Source: Owenia fusiformis (Eukaryota). Taken from it: a stretch of DNA of 64,000 bases. The notes beneath the pieces are model-generated. The model saw only the letters and a program-made list of their open reading frames with translations. It was not told the origin of the DNA and searched no databases. A program made the translations under genes and the position numbers. This document shows positions 27,610-40,200 of the stretch, one piece after another. Position 1 is the first letter of the stretch; each line of letters begins with the position of its first letter. The DNA is taken from the NCBI GenBank assembly GCA_903813345.2, contig CAIIXF020000001.1, forward strand, positions 18,352,001-18,416,000, written 5' to 3'.

Positions 27610-30600
27610 AACTCTAATATGTTCGACAAACTGCCTGCGAAATTTCACCTTGCCGTCTGCTCATTCCCGCCATTAATGCTCTCTTCCGTCTGCTGACCTA
27701 GATTTCGGTAGAGACCTCTCCTTGAGATTTAATGCCTTTATGTTCTTCTAGATTCTTCTTCAACCGCTCATCTTCATGCTAAGCTCACCAAGTATAATTT
27801 TGATTAATACATTTTGCCGTTGTTGCTGTTTTTGACAGTTGCAGACCATGTTGGACGTTTTGAAGCAGACTGTTGCAGACCTCAATACAACCTCTATCCA
27901 GGGGCTATACATATGCATATAGCTCTGTACACCTTGAGTCCATAAATATTATTCACTACCCGATGTACATGATTCATTATCTCCAAATAAAAAAATCAAG
28001 GTTGAATTTTCATTGCAATAAAGATCTCAATTAATTAGGCTGTCATTTTTATTGCCGTTTAGGTGTGCGAATGTACTAACTTCTAATGTCACTGTGATAT
28101 GAAAATATGGTTCTCGAAGAGAATTTCACCGAAGATGATATTAACGAGCTCTAATGGCTCATTAGTGCTACACAATTGTACACACTGTTGTGAAAATACG
28201 AAAATAACTTATTAAATATGACTAAGGTCCATAAAAGAGCGCATGTTACAATTCATCCATCATTGATACTTTTCCCAATATAATTTGACATTAATTGAGA
28301 GCGAAATACATTTAATATGGCACGAGTAATCATCTAATATAGAGGTTTTTGTTACTTCTGTTTTAAATTCCATGGTTTTATGAAGAAATTATCAATTAAT
28401 ATAAAAATAGGAAATGAATTTTCCACAGTTAGGAAGCTTACAAAATATGATTTTGATATCAAATGATCACAACTAAAATTGTTTAACAGGTTTTTTCATT
28501 AGTTCTAATTCTGAAAGGTGTATTTGCAGATAGGATATACAAACACCAAGATAGATAACTTTAATAACTGCACTAAGAGCTGAATAAAATACGATATAAG
28601 GACAAGTACATATTGCATCTAGACTTAATTCCGAGATGATGTTGACTGATGCTGCATGAATGCAGGGCGATAGAGAGATGCTCTTAGAATTAATATGAGA
28701 AAAGAGAATATTCTTGATATCTGATTAAATGTTCCGTCAACAAAAGACCGCTAAGTAATGTTCTCAAATTCCGAGCAACCTTGACATAAAATCAATGAGA
28801 ATCCTAGAGCGATCGGAGCTCTTGTCTCGGTTGGACCGCTTATCTTTTCAGTCTCAGTAAGTTTGGCATATTTAGCGATCCCGATTGTCAATTGGCTGGT
28901 GATTTCAATTTCGCATGTCTCTCTCTATATCTTGCAACTAATCCCTGTCTTACGTTGCCACCCAAAGGAAGACTAGATAAATTACTTTAGACATAGCTAC
29001 TCTTCAATCGGATTATTATTAATTGAAAAGTTCAATTTCATCTTTGAATCGCTACAAGATAAGTGGCTTTGTAGCATGGAATTTTCATAACTTTCATTTC
29101 CTAATTCGAGACTAATGCCAACATTAATTGCATTCTTCGAAACAGTTATTGTAAAACCTGAAGAGGATTTGAACACGGATATCTAAATCCATATTACTGG
29201 TATTGTAGTGTTTCAAGTGTTTCTAAATTGTCATCGTTTTTATCATTATGATGTGAAATATCAGCATTAGAAAAAACATAGAAACACCCAATATCAACCC
29301 GCAAATGTAAGGTAAAGTCCAGCAGGTTGAAAAATGAGATGTTTTTGAAAAATATGGAAGGCTTATTATGTACCGTCTATAAGATAGGGCGGACGTTTCA
29401 AATGATACTGTCGCCGGCTTTTTAACTTTTAAAAGTCAGTCAATCAGGTTTCTAATCTTGTCAAAATCAAACTTTGTGTATATTGTACTGTAATGAAACT
29501 TTCTTTAATGTGGTGTTATTTACTGTTTATCAACCATAATATCTTGTTATAGTATTTCGCTTCCCTTGATGGTACCCATTGATCATCGTATATTCATTTT
29601 CAATATTGATACAAAATTGTGTCTTAACATAGACAGCTGTTCCCGTGATAATAATGTAAAAAATAACTCTATGATATTTAAATCTAGTATTACACTCCCG
29701 TCAAAAAGTGTATAATTTTCCAATATATATAAATGATTATGCTATCTGTATTTTTTCCCAATTGGCGATTACAATCTTAACTAAATTGACTTATTTGTCT
29801 CTAAATCTTTTGAAAAATAGCATTGAATTAAAAATGAATAAATTTGATTCGGCAAATATTGGATCATCCTTGATTCAAATGTGTTTCAATTTATTCCAAG
29901 TGCAGGGACAGTGATGCCCGATCACAAGGATGAGATTGCATACATTTAGTATTTTTACTCTGAATAGTCTGCTTCAGGACCCTGCTCCCCTTTATCTTCT
30001 TTAACAGCCTGTTGTAAATTAAATATTGGGGACCAGAGTCTTGGAGCAAGACTCTCCTCTGAAATATTCGGTCTATTTGATAACGTGTCGTCATTACTTC
30101 TGGCCATGAACGTCACAGAGTCAATATGTTTACAGGGCAGTGAAGAAGAATGGACCCCACATAAGTGTATGCATATTTGGAAAGGTGACATAAAGTTACT
30201 TTTCAGCGCAAAATATCAATAATGGTATTTTCTCAGACTTGTTTGAAACCTGTTTTGTACAAATTGATATTGTATTGAAATTAAATACTTTTTGGATCTG
30301 ATGTTTCAGGATTGCAAAATCAGTCATTTTGACTGTTTTCTGCAAAGTGGAACTTAGATTTGGTCCATATATTTCTGATCAGCCTGTAGTTACAATAATA
30401 TGTCATATTTTTTGTTTTGAAACGTATGTATGGACCACTCGCTAACTTTTGTTTTGAAAAAATCAGTTTATTTTTTGTGAAATAATTCTTGGCATCGTAA
30501 ATACAGCATTTTGAAGGCTTGAATAACAAAATCAGACGTATTCATTTTTATTTAGAATTTATTAAAATTTATATAGAGGCATTTAAAACTTATACATGTA

Positions 30601-31447
30601 TTTAAAGCGGTAGTGTGGACAGAATTATGATGAAAACTATTCCAAAGTGTTATCTTCTCTACAATAAATTAGAAAAAGATATATATAGAGTGTAAATTAT
30701 ATCGTTTTGTAACTTTTTGAGGTGAGTGTAATTATTTTAAAACTCATGAAGTCAATTACTTTCATACAGCAAAGTATATTCGACCAGGTTAATAAACTGT
30801 CTGATGAGGTTTAGTGTTCACAAACAGCACAATATTCAAGTTTGTACTGAATAAAATCCATTCTCTATGTGTAAAGTTTGCGTATTTATATTTTATACCA
30901 GTTTAGCCAGGAAAAATACACCCTGTTATCTTAATATTATTGTAGTATTGTGACAATAAGTCCGTATGTATATTGTAATTGTTATTTAATCTAAAAATCC
31001 AGAAACTAGATTCTGCGCGAAAGACTATTATGTTTCCGTATGTTAAATGTATTATATAAAGCTTATAGATTTCCTGTTAAAGACAGACTAAGAAATTCCC
31101 GTAATAATTTTAGAAATCGGAGCTTCTTTATCGGTTGATGCAGAGTAAGAATAGAGAATAACTCATACACAATACAAACTTCTCTTCAAAAATGATTAAT
31201 TGTGATGTAACATATTTTCAGTGATTTTAGATAATACAGGTATTCAGCAAACTACCTTAGATGTATCCCTTAATGCAAACGTGAAATAATGAGTCTCGGG
31301 GCTAAAGTTTAGAAGTTCTGTGTCTAAGTCTGCGACAGACTAAACAAACTATAGCCCTAATATAATTCTCCAAGTGTGATGTTTGTCACATCTTGGCAAA
31401 ACACATTTTAGCGTGACTACAGATGTCTTTTGATGTCCAATTCAACC

Positions 31448-31579
31448 TGATGGATGGTTTTCGGTACCCCCAGAAATATGACAGATGCATGGGTTCGCTG
31501 TCATGAAACTGATAGTGATGTTGAGCAGTCAAAACAAAAGGAAGTGAGATCAAACGCCCCGCTTACATAGAGTTGACAG
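31448..31579. promoter_or_regulatory. Candidate Hox/Pbx-Meis composite element
   Basis: TGATGGATGG at 31448; TGACAG at 31479 and 31574; CTGTCA at 31498. Confidence 0.4.
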
Positions 31580-32812
31580 TAGAAGTCATCTCCAAGATGA
31601 AGCTACCAAATTGTGTTTCCCACAGTTGGCTCATCTGCAATGTTTATGGGGTGCTTACGTAGATATCATCCCTAGCCTGGAAAGGGTTAGATTACCTCTA
31701 TGTGCAGTCAGTGTGCATCACCTCGTGTCTATCTCAGGCCCAATCATACTCGGATCGGAATCAAAGGCATATTTGTTGAAAGATTGTTCCTGAATATTTA
31801 TGCAAGGAAGTTTTGCGCAAGACATTGCATTTGTCTCAATGATTGAACCAATATTTTTGGCAGGAGAGTACAAATATTTATTTTTCCATATTGATATTGT
31901 TTTTGCTGCATGTTCAGGCCATGTATGTTTTAATTTAATAAAAAAAGTTTTAATTGTCTGAATGAGTTATTAGTATCGATACTTATGAATTTTATAGGTT
32001 TATATAGCTTTAATGTTGTCATTGCTACGTACAGCATCATATGGAGTACAAAGCACAAATGGCTTTTGCATGTTAGCGAATTGAAACATTTCCAAATCAT
32101 GTAATGGAGGGAAGACATTCTATAGAAACAAAGTCATTTTAGAGTAAGATTTATGTCTCTTAGAATCACATTTTATTTCACAATAACTCAAGCAGCATTT
32201 TGTCATTAGTCGACTGACATATTTATTTCTGGAGGAAAGGCATTAATTGAGACGTGTCGTATTTTGTAGAAGAGGCTATAACATACGAAGACAGATGATA
32301 TGTCTCTTCGTTTAGATCAGACATTTTAAAAGACATTCCTTTGATAAGTAATAAATATTATCTCGTTGACATTGAAGCGTCTTAAATTGTGAAGTTGCTC
32401 TGAAGTCGTGTAAATGTGAAAGAGATGTAGAGGCGGGATATGACATTGTTTGCGAGTGGATACGTCAGTAGGATTTAGAGGTCTCGAGGGATCTCAACTT
32501 CTTGTGCTTGAATTAGTTTCTTTGTGAAGACCTATACTTCATTTGCATGGCGTTACTTTACACAAAAACTAGCAATTAATATTTTATCATGCCCCTGTCA
32601 ATCATTCTGGTTTTAGGTGAAATCCCAGTCAGCCAGGCTGAAATTAAATCTATGTGTTTGTGAGAGTGAACATAAAGCGTTGTCTGTGGAGAACTTGATC
32701 TATTCTATGTATAAACATTTCCGGGAAAGTTCAACGGGTAGACAAGTCTGGGTAACTGAAGAACATACTACAGTACATTGATTAACAGTCGTACTATCTT
32801 TTTTGTTGCCAG

Positions 32813-33008
32813 GAGACAGTATACTCGAGTGGATATCAGGGGGGAACGCGACCCACCGAGCAAGACCTACGCCCCGGATCTACCATTTCAAACTGTGATA
32901 CCAACTGTTACCTGTATCTGTGTTCAGCTCAGCATCGATTCTACCCGCACCAGGATCTTCACTCTCAACTAAGGACTGTAGATTTCCGGTGGTGCTCTTC
33001 ACATATCG
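32813..33008 (+). other. Candidate non-coding (5'UTR) exon, possibly of Hox3
   Basis: Acceptor ctatcttttttgttgccAG (ends 32812) with TTAAC upstream and donor TCG|GTAAGT (33009). The 196 nt between are GC-richer than the flanks and contain no ATG. Confidence 0.55.
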
Positions 33009-35779
33009 GTAAGTTTTGATCCAAAATTTATTGCTTTGCGATAAACTTAATGAATTAAATCCATATGAATAGTTTCACATTTAACAGTGTTGTAAACTGA
33101 GTTGAACTGATGCGACTGCTATTCCGCACCTGTAGTTTGAAAATGCAGCTTTTCAAATTGTTTTTAAAAATAACGAATTTTCGTTGTTAAAATGTTTTGT
33201 TGACTTTTTCTCATTAATACTGTTTATCATTAAGGCTTTTATTTAATATTTGGGTGAGTGCTTATTCATAATAGAAATTGAGAATGGATGTTAGGAGTGA
33301 TAAATTACTTTAGAAAAAGCCGCCATATTTGTATATGATAAAAGTACAGTGGCGCACCTATAGGGTAGTTAGGATACCAAAATCATGTTAGTCTATGTTA
33401 TAGTTTGTCTTTGTGGTATAAACGAATGCTACTGTATGAAACAGATATTGATAGTATAAAATAATACATAGCAATCACTATAAATCGTAATTGAAATTAT
33501 TTTGATGTTGCCAATAAACGACAATAAATAAGTGTTTAGTTTTGTCACATAGGAAATAAATATATCCTCATGCGCGACACCCAGACGACTGACTTACAAT
33601 GTAGCTTAACCATATATCATCACTGATACCTATGTTCTATATCTTAATCTTTTCCGAAAGTTTAATGACTTTTTAATAACACTTGAAAATATCTTGGCTT
33701 TAAAGTAAGTTTAAGTAAGATTCTGCGTGTGAATATAAAAACGATCAATTTAACAACAGTAAGCCCCTTTGTGCCTTTGATATTAATCCAAATTCTTGAC
33801 AATTAAATGCTTTTATCCAGCATGGGTTTATCCCCATTGATCCTCTTTTTCATCTTGGAATCCGCTCGTGAAGATGCATGTAATGTTTTCCATCTGTGTT
33901 TGTTTTTTCTCCTCTTATAGCGGTTATGTTTTAATCTTTACGTTGTGAGGTTGGTTTGATTCAGTTACTAGATATAGAATGGCTTAGATAAGCACTAAAT
34001 GATGATTAATCATATTTATGTACTTATGTTTCTAACTCAAGTCATACTTTTCATATTTAGCACTGTATAAACGCACACCAATTAGGAGGATGAATTATGG
34101 TCATTTTATCCCAAAGTTCTCACATATTTCATTCAAATGGCCTCTACCGACAGGCGATGGCAGAAAAACTACTACGGCTCTGCCCTTTGACATTGTGTAA
34201 AGGGAAATATTTATTGCTCAATATAATGCTACTTATTTACAATTGTCCCGACGTTTGTAGAAATTAATGAGGTCACGTAGCACTTTTGGTGCTATAAATA
34301 TGGCTTGGTTTTGCTATGCTAACCCGATATGAAAACATTCTTTGAGGGATGGGTAGATTTAATATAATATAGATATAAATTGAGTCACTTATGATTATAT
34401 TGAGTGTAAAACTATAGGGAATAGCACGATATATTTTATTCTATCTTTCCTCTAATGCAATAAACTTGCGGTTATGCTTCATTCCCCGGTGACCAATCCA
34501 ATCAACCATGAGAGCTTTATTAATTTGGTATGTTCCCCGCAATATCGAGATGTATAAATCCAAATAATATCGCTATTGGAAATGAAAGATAACAAAGAAG
34601 CATTTGCATATCTGTCGGGAATGTTTTTCTATTGATCAGTTTGAATATTGTTTTGTGTTCAACTCAATTATTAGTTGCATCTCCGGTTTCAAATATAGTC
34701 TAGGAAACTCAACTTATTCAGCGTATCAAAGGTATCAGTGTTAATGATTTCTAGAGACAATATATTCCTAGTTCATATTGTACCGTGTCTTTGTTAGAAG
34801 CAGCTATTTAAAATCTCATTTCACTAAAACGTTGGTAATAACGAACATACGAGATCTATGTGATCAAGAACACTAAATCGTTGCTGATATGAATGCAGGA
34901 AGTGACTTTTTGAGTTTTAGGAAAAGCTTTTAGGAGTACTTAATTTTGAGGATTTGGATAATAATGGTTAAAATTGTGATATCTTTGCTTATTTTAATAT
35001 AATTGGCAGGAAAATTGATGGTATCTCTTGCTTGATTCCATGCAGTGATATTGTTTATTCACATGCATTAACAATGATTGTAATCATGCAACATGCCAAT
35101 CAACATCATATTAGTTGATATTTGTTTGTTTTCATGCAACTCTCCTGTTTCTGATCCTGGAGTATGGACATTGTACTTGTTCTCATGTGTTGTCATTGTT
35201 CGTTGTTGTTGTTGTCCTCGTGTATTGTTATTGTTTGCTGTGTTTTATGCCTCATTCTTGTTTATCCTCACCAGACGCATTGATCCTGAATATGAATTAT
35301 TGCCAATAACCCCTTGATCGTTTCACTCCTGCAATATAAAACATATTCATCAGTACATCTTGCAAGTATAGAATATCATATCAGTTCATGTTAAACAGAG
35401 CTACAAACTCACAAATGTTCCCTTTAAATGGAGAAGTATCAGAATCCTTATACTTTCAACAACTAATATGAGATATGGGTGATCTAGTTTGTTTTATTGT
35501 ACAAAGTGTATACTTTATCCTTTTGGCTAGGAAACGGTTGTTTTGCGGTGAACGAATTCGTCTTTCGTTACTAGGATTCGGGGTGATAAAAGCTTGCACC
35601 CGAGACCTTCTTACTTAAAATATATAAGAAGTATTTCTTGGTAACAAAAACACTACAGAACATGTATGTTTCAGATGAATCTCACAATACAGATTCAGGG
35701 TTATGTTTTTCTGCTATGCGGCCCTTGATCTGGACTTTTTACTGAGAAACAGTTTTCTGATATTTATCGTTGTGGCATC

Positions 35780-35988
35780 TGACAGCTGAAAGTTTGAGGC
35801 AAGGGTCTGACAAAATCAGTCAAGATATTCCCTCCTAAGCCTTGCAAGCTGTTCTACCGCGGAGTTTTCATGACAGTTACTCAACCCAAAGAATTTTAAT
35901 AAGAAATAACTTCATCTGTCAGACAATCTTTTGACTTTTTATCCATCAAATGATGCAACTCTTGCGGATACTTTCCAACAATTGACAG
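35780..35988. promoter_or_regulatory. Candidate Meis/Pbx-Hox site cluster
   Basis: TGACAG at 35780, 35871 and 35983; CTGTCA at 35916; ATCCATCA at 35941. Confidence 0.35.
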
Positions 35989-36353
35989 AGGTTGTGTCTA
36001 TACTGTCTGTTTTGTTTGACACATCCAGTTGTTTTTCTAGAAGGTTTCAACAGTAATTATCAAAAAATGGAAATCCGAAACATATGTGTGCAAATATAAG
36101 TGTATTGATAGCCATACTGATAAATATCACAAGTTTTAGATTGTAAATCTATACTGACCCCTCGCCGCTGTGCAAAACACCAAATATAGAACGCATTTAT
36201 ATTTCTGAAGACTCTCTGAAGATTATACACTCGTTAGGTGTTTGAGAAAATTAATGTTGATGTTTTCATTATAACCAACACCAGGTTAAATCATATAAAT
36301 TAAGTTAAATTGACTGAAAATAAAGTACATAAAAAGCGAGTGGTTTTGTGTGC

Positions 36354-36628
36354 CTATGTACAGACCATGAGATCATACACTCGTTTATTTTTATCAGTTT
36401 GGAAAATATACTTTTCGTTATTACCAAAGGTACAACTGAGAAATAATGAATGCTGGTATACCAAAAGCAAGTGTTTCGTGTAGCTATGTACAGACCATAA
36501 GATCATACATTCGTTTATTTTTATCATTGGAAGACACGTTTGGAAGATGTTGATGCTTTGCGTTATTACCAAAGAAAAGTTGAATTGAGTGAAACTGCGA
36601 AATAATGAATATAAAAAGCAAGCGTTTC
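36354..36628. repeat. Diverged tandem duplication (two copies, about 130 and 145 bp)
   Basis: Both copies (36354 and 36484) start ctatgtacagaccatRagatcatacaYtcgtttatttttatca. They share cgttattaccaaag, gaaataatgaat and aaaagcaagYgtttc in the same order. Confidence 0.85.
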
Positions 36629-37242
36629 TTTCTTGTGGCAAATCATACCCTGGTTAGTGGTTTCTCTTTTCAATAAGATTTGAAATACATTTTGATGGAT
36701 CCATTTAAAACAGTTACTTTTTTCTCAGCTGTAACAAATCATTTCAAAACATCATTCACTTTGATATATTTCAAATTAATGAAAAATGACTTTAGGTATT
36801 CAATAGCAATTGAAATAGTACACACAAAGGTGACTGCAAAAAATGAAAAGATTCTCAAATTATTTCGAAATATGTCAAACTATGCGCTAAAGAGGTTGAA
36901 GTCTACATATCATACCGCCAATCTATCTTCGTTACTTTTTGACTCATTTTGACTAAGAAAAATTATTTAGAAATTTACAATTGAAATTGAAATAGAACAG
37001 AAAAAGGTTTGGAGACATTTTGTTATTTCTGTTGTCTGAGGTTGACGGTGTGATTACTACCTGTGAATTAAAGGACGTCTATGTGACGTGTTAGCATTTG
37101 TAATTACTGCCCAAGTTATTATAGCTTGTATCTGATGCCCCGAGAGGACCAATCTAACTGTCAAACTACACACATGCAGTCTATAATCTCAAACAAATTG
37201 CTGGGTTCACCCCAGATGTGGTGGGAGAAGGTAACTACAAAA

Positions 37243-37256
37243 GTTTCCATAGCAAC
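37243..37256. promoter_or_regulatory. RFX X-box motif
   Basis: GTTTCCATAGCAAC. Confidence 0.45.
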
Positions 37257-40200
37257 GATTTTGTGGGTAAAGTTTTCCATGAAATTCACAACGCGGCTTT
37301 CGCTCCTCGTTTATTAATAGCCTAAAGAAGCGGAAATTTCTCTGTATTAACGTATGTGTATCTATATGGTTCTTCTGTATCAGTAAGTCTTGCCCAATGT
37401 GGTCTAAGAAAGATCACTTTGCTTCGCAAATGCATCTTTTGATGTGTTAGATGGTGGTTTCCAAGCTCATAAATACGAAATAACTTTAGCACTTGTTTCG
37501 TTTTTCTTTGCAAAGATGCCAGCCACATCAAAAGTGAAAGTCAAAAGGCAGTAGATCATTAAATATGTACTGGTTTTGTGGCCAGACCATGTTTTCGTAG
37601 ACAGTTCAAGCCCATACGATTGAGGCCTGGTTCTGATGGTGGCCACAAACCAACTAGGGGTCTAAAACACGTGGCTGAACTCTATACCAGACCATTGAAA
37701 CAGAAGAACTGCGTTTGTATCCAGGTATCATTATTGCAAAATCGGAATCAGTAAAAAGATATTTACATTTGAATAACATAATTTAATTAGTTATTCCTTC
37801 AAAGTCTTTGATATTCAAGGTCTCGTTGTTCGTTTTTTACTTCTAGTAAGTTGCAATACTTTGTTTTTCTTATTCATAAATCTAATGTCTTTCATCAATG
37901 TTATTAGTTATTCACATTAAAAGATAAAAAATTATGAATATATGGTTAATGGAAATCAATATTGTCTCATTAATATTTCATAATATCGACTAGATGTTGA
38001 ATCCCTTGTCATTCATCCTCTTCTGTTGCAAACAACGAATGATAAAAATTCTGTTCTTATCATTTAACGATTTGTCTCTCAAGTTTTTTAAAATAAATTG
38101 TTTTTGACATGTGTATATTTAGTAAAGGTTATTCTTAGGGCCATGAGTGAATACAGTATACAGTTTAGTGAAATGACTTGGACCAAAACCGCTGTCTTTG
38201 TGATTAATGGTTTTTGGAAGTGGCAAACTGGTATCAGAGGAGATATTGTCCCAGAATGCCCGTATTGGATAATGTGATTACATTTACCTGTAACATATCC
38301 TCATTCTGAAAGTATATGCAAAGACTCATGGGTTGGTGTGACCGTCTGATTGCTGTAAATGGCGTGATAACATTGTTTCTAGAACAACAGAAATATTACA
38401 ATATTGTGAGAAAACTTGTTTGAAGATCACGATGTAAGCCTCGTTGTATATATACACAAATGCCACGCTTGCTTTAATAACAACAGTGAGTATTCCACGA
38501 CCATTATATGTCTGATGCAAGGGAGAATCATGGTCATTGTCTGTCTACAATATTACTGTCTATCGCGGCCATTATGTGTCTACCTTGTGGAAAACTGAAA
38601 TTTGCATATATTTATTGTGACATTGAATTGTGCTAATATTAGGTATATAGTGCAAGTACACATTTTGAGATGTATCGAAACGTTTATGGCGTTTCTACAT
38701 AGTCCTTTGATCTGTTGACAATATATTCAGAGAGTGGATAACGTACGATTGTATAAGTATAGTGCAAAAGTCCGGGACATGATGACCGAAAATATATCAA
38801 AAAAATGCTTAATGGCCTATCAGTCTCGGAGGCCATTGGTTCAAAAATTGCATATAGTTCTAGAGGAGCGGTTGTTTTATTTTCCTGGTGATACCCATTG
38901 CATTTGTTCGACTTCGCTTTAAAAGAGAGCTTCGTCTTGATAACTAGACTCTGCTCTCAGGGTATGCATCACATGTGATGACTCGGTGATCTTTTGTAAT
39001 CTCTGACTGGCGGAGGGAGGCAATATACAAGAAATATGGAAATATCTTGGACAGTTAATGCAACCTTTCGGCAAAGCACAGTCAAATGTATTTCGGTATA
39101 CTACTCACCATGTTGTTCATGACCAAGTTGACTAAATGTCCAAACAAATCTATGAAGTATATTTATCATTTGAGAAAGTTTTACAAATAAGTAAGGCGAT
39201 TACGACTCGTGCCGTCAAATCGTCAAAACAGCTAATTCCAACAATATCTGATGAGATTCAGAACACTATTGTCAATTTGATTATAAGTATTTTCAATAAC
39301 AGATCTGTACTGGAGGATATGATATTTGATACGCAAGCAATTTGAGAAATAGTTGATGTTTGACTAAAAGATGGCGAGGTGAGCAAACTCCTCACATTCA
39401 CATCAACTTGGTAATATTACGCAACAATTAAAATGGAATTGTGCTAATACCCGTCTTTTGAATACGTCCTCGCCCAGCAGTGGATATCTACGAAAACAAT
39501 TTGTCAATATGCACGTATCCTAGATTTAAAAACATTGACTTATACAAACATTATAACTTTGAATGTCGATAAACCTAATTATTTTTTAATATGAGAAATT
39601 AATTAAGCGTTGAAAGCTTGACACTTTCCTTGATAAAACTTTTTTAATATCATGGCCGTCGAAGTTTGTGATTATCTTCAAGGTCCATACTGGTAAGTCA
39701 GTTTGCCTTTTCACCCAGTGGCTAATCTTTCTGCTAGTAAAGGAACCTACACGTAGCCTCTGGGAAAATTTCCATTTTAACATTTGCCGAAACATCTGAA
39801 GATCTAAACAAAGTGCCGGGACCACGCTATAAATGTTTTGAGTATGTCACATCTTTATCACTTCTGATCGGGCAAATTTTTTTAGATCAGGGTTCGGTAC
39901 ACTTTGTAGATATCATATGGTTGCATGACATGTCAAAAACTTCATCAAAACAAGAAAAAGCATCTGTATCAAAGAAATATGGTTTCCATTCATGACGATG
40001 TGTCCTCAAAACAAAGTCCTGAGGATGTGATTGTAAACTTTGAATAGCCCATGACCATATTGCACAATGATCAGCGTTTCGAGCCATTTAACTTGAAAGC
40101 AAACTGCATCTAGAATCATATACCACATAGAATCATCTTCACATTGTTAAATGTTGTTTAGAATTGGCGAAGAAAAGTTATCATCCCTCTGGCTAGTGGA

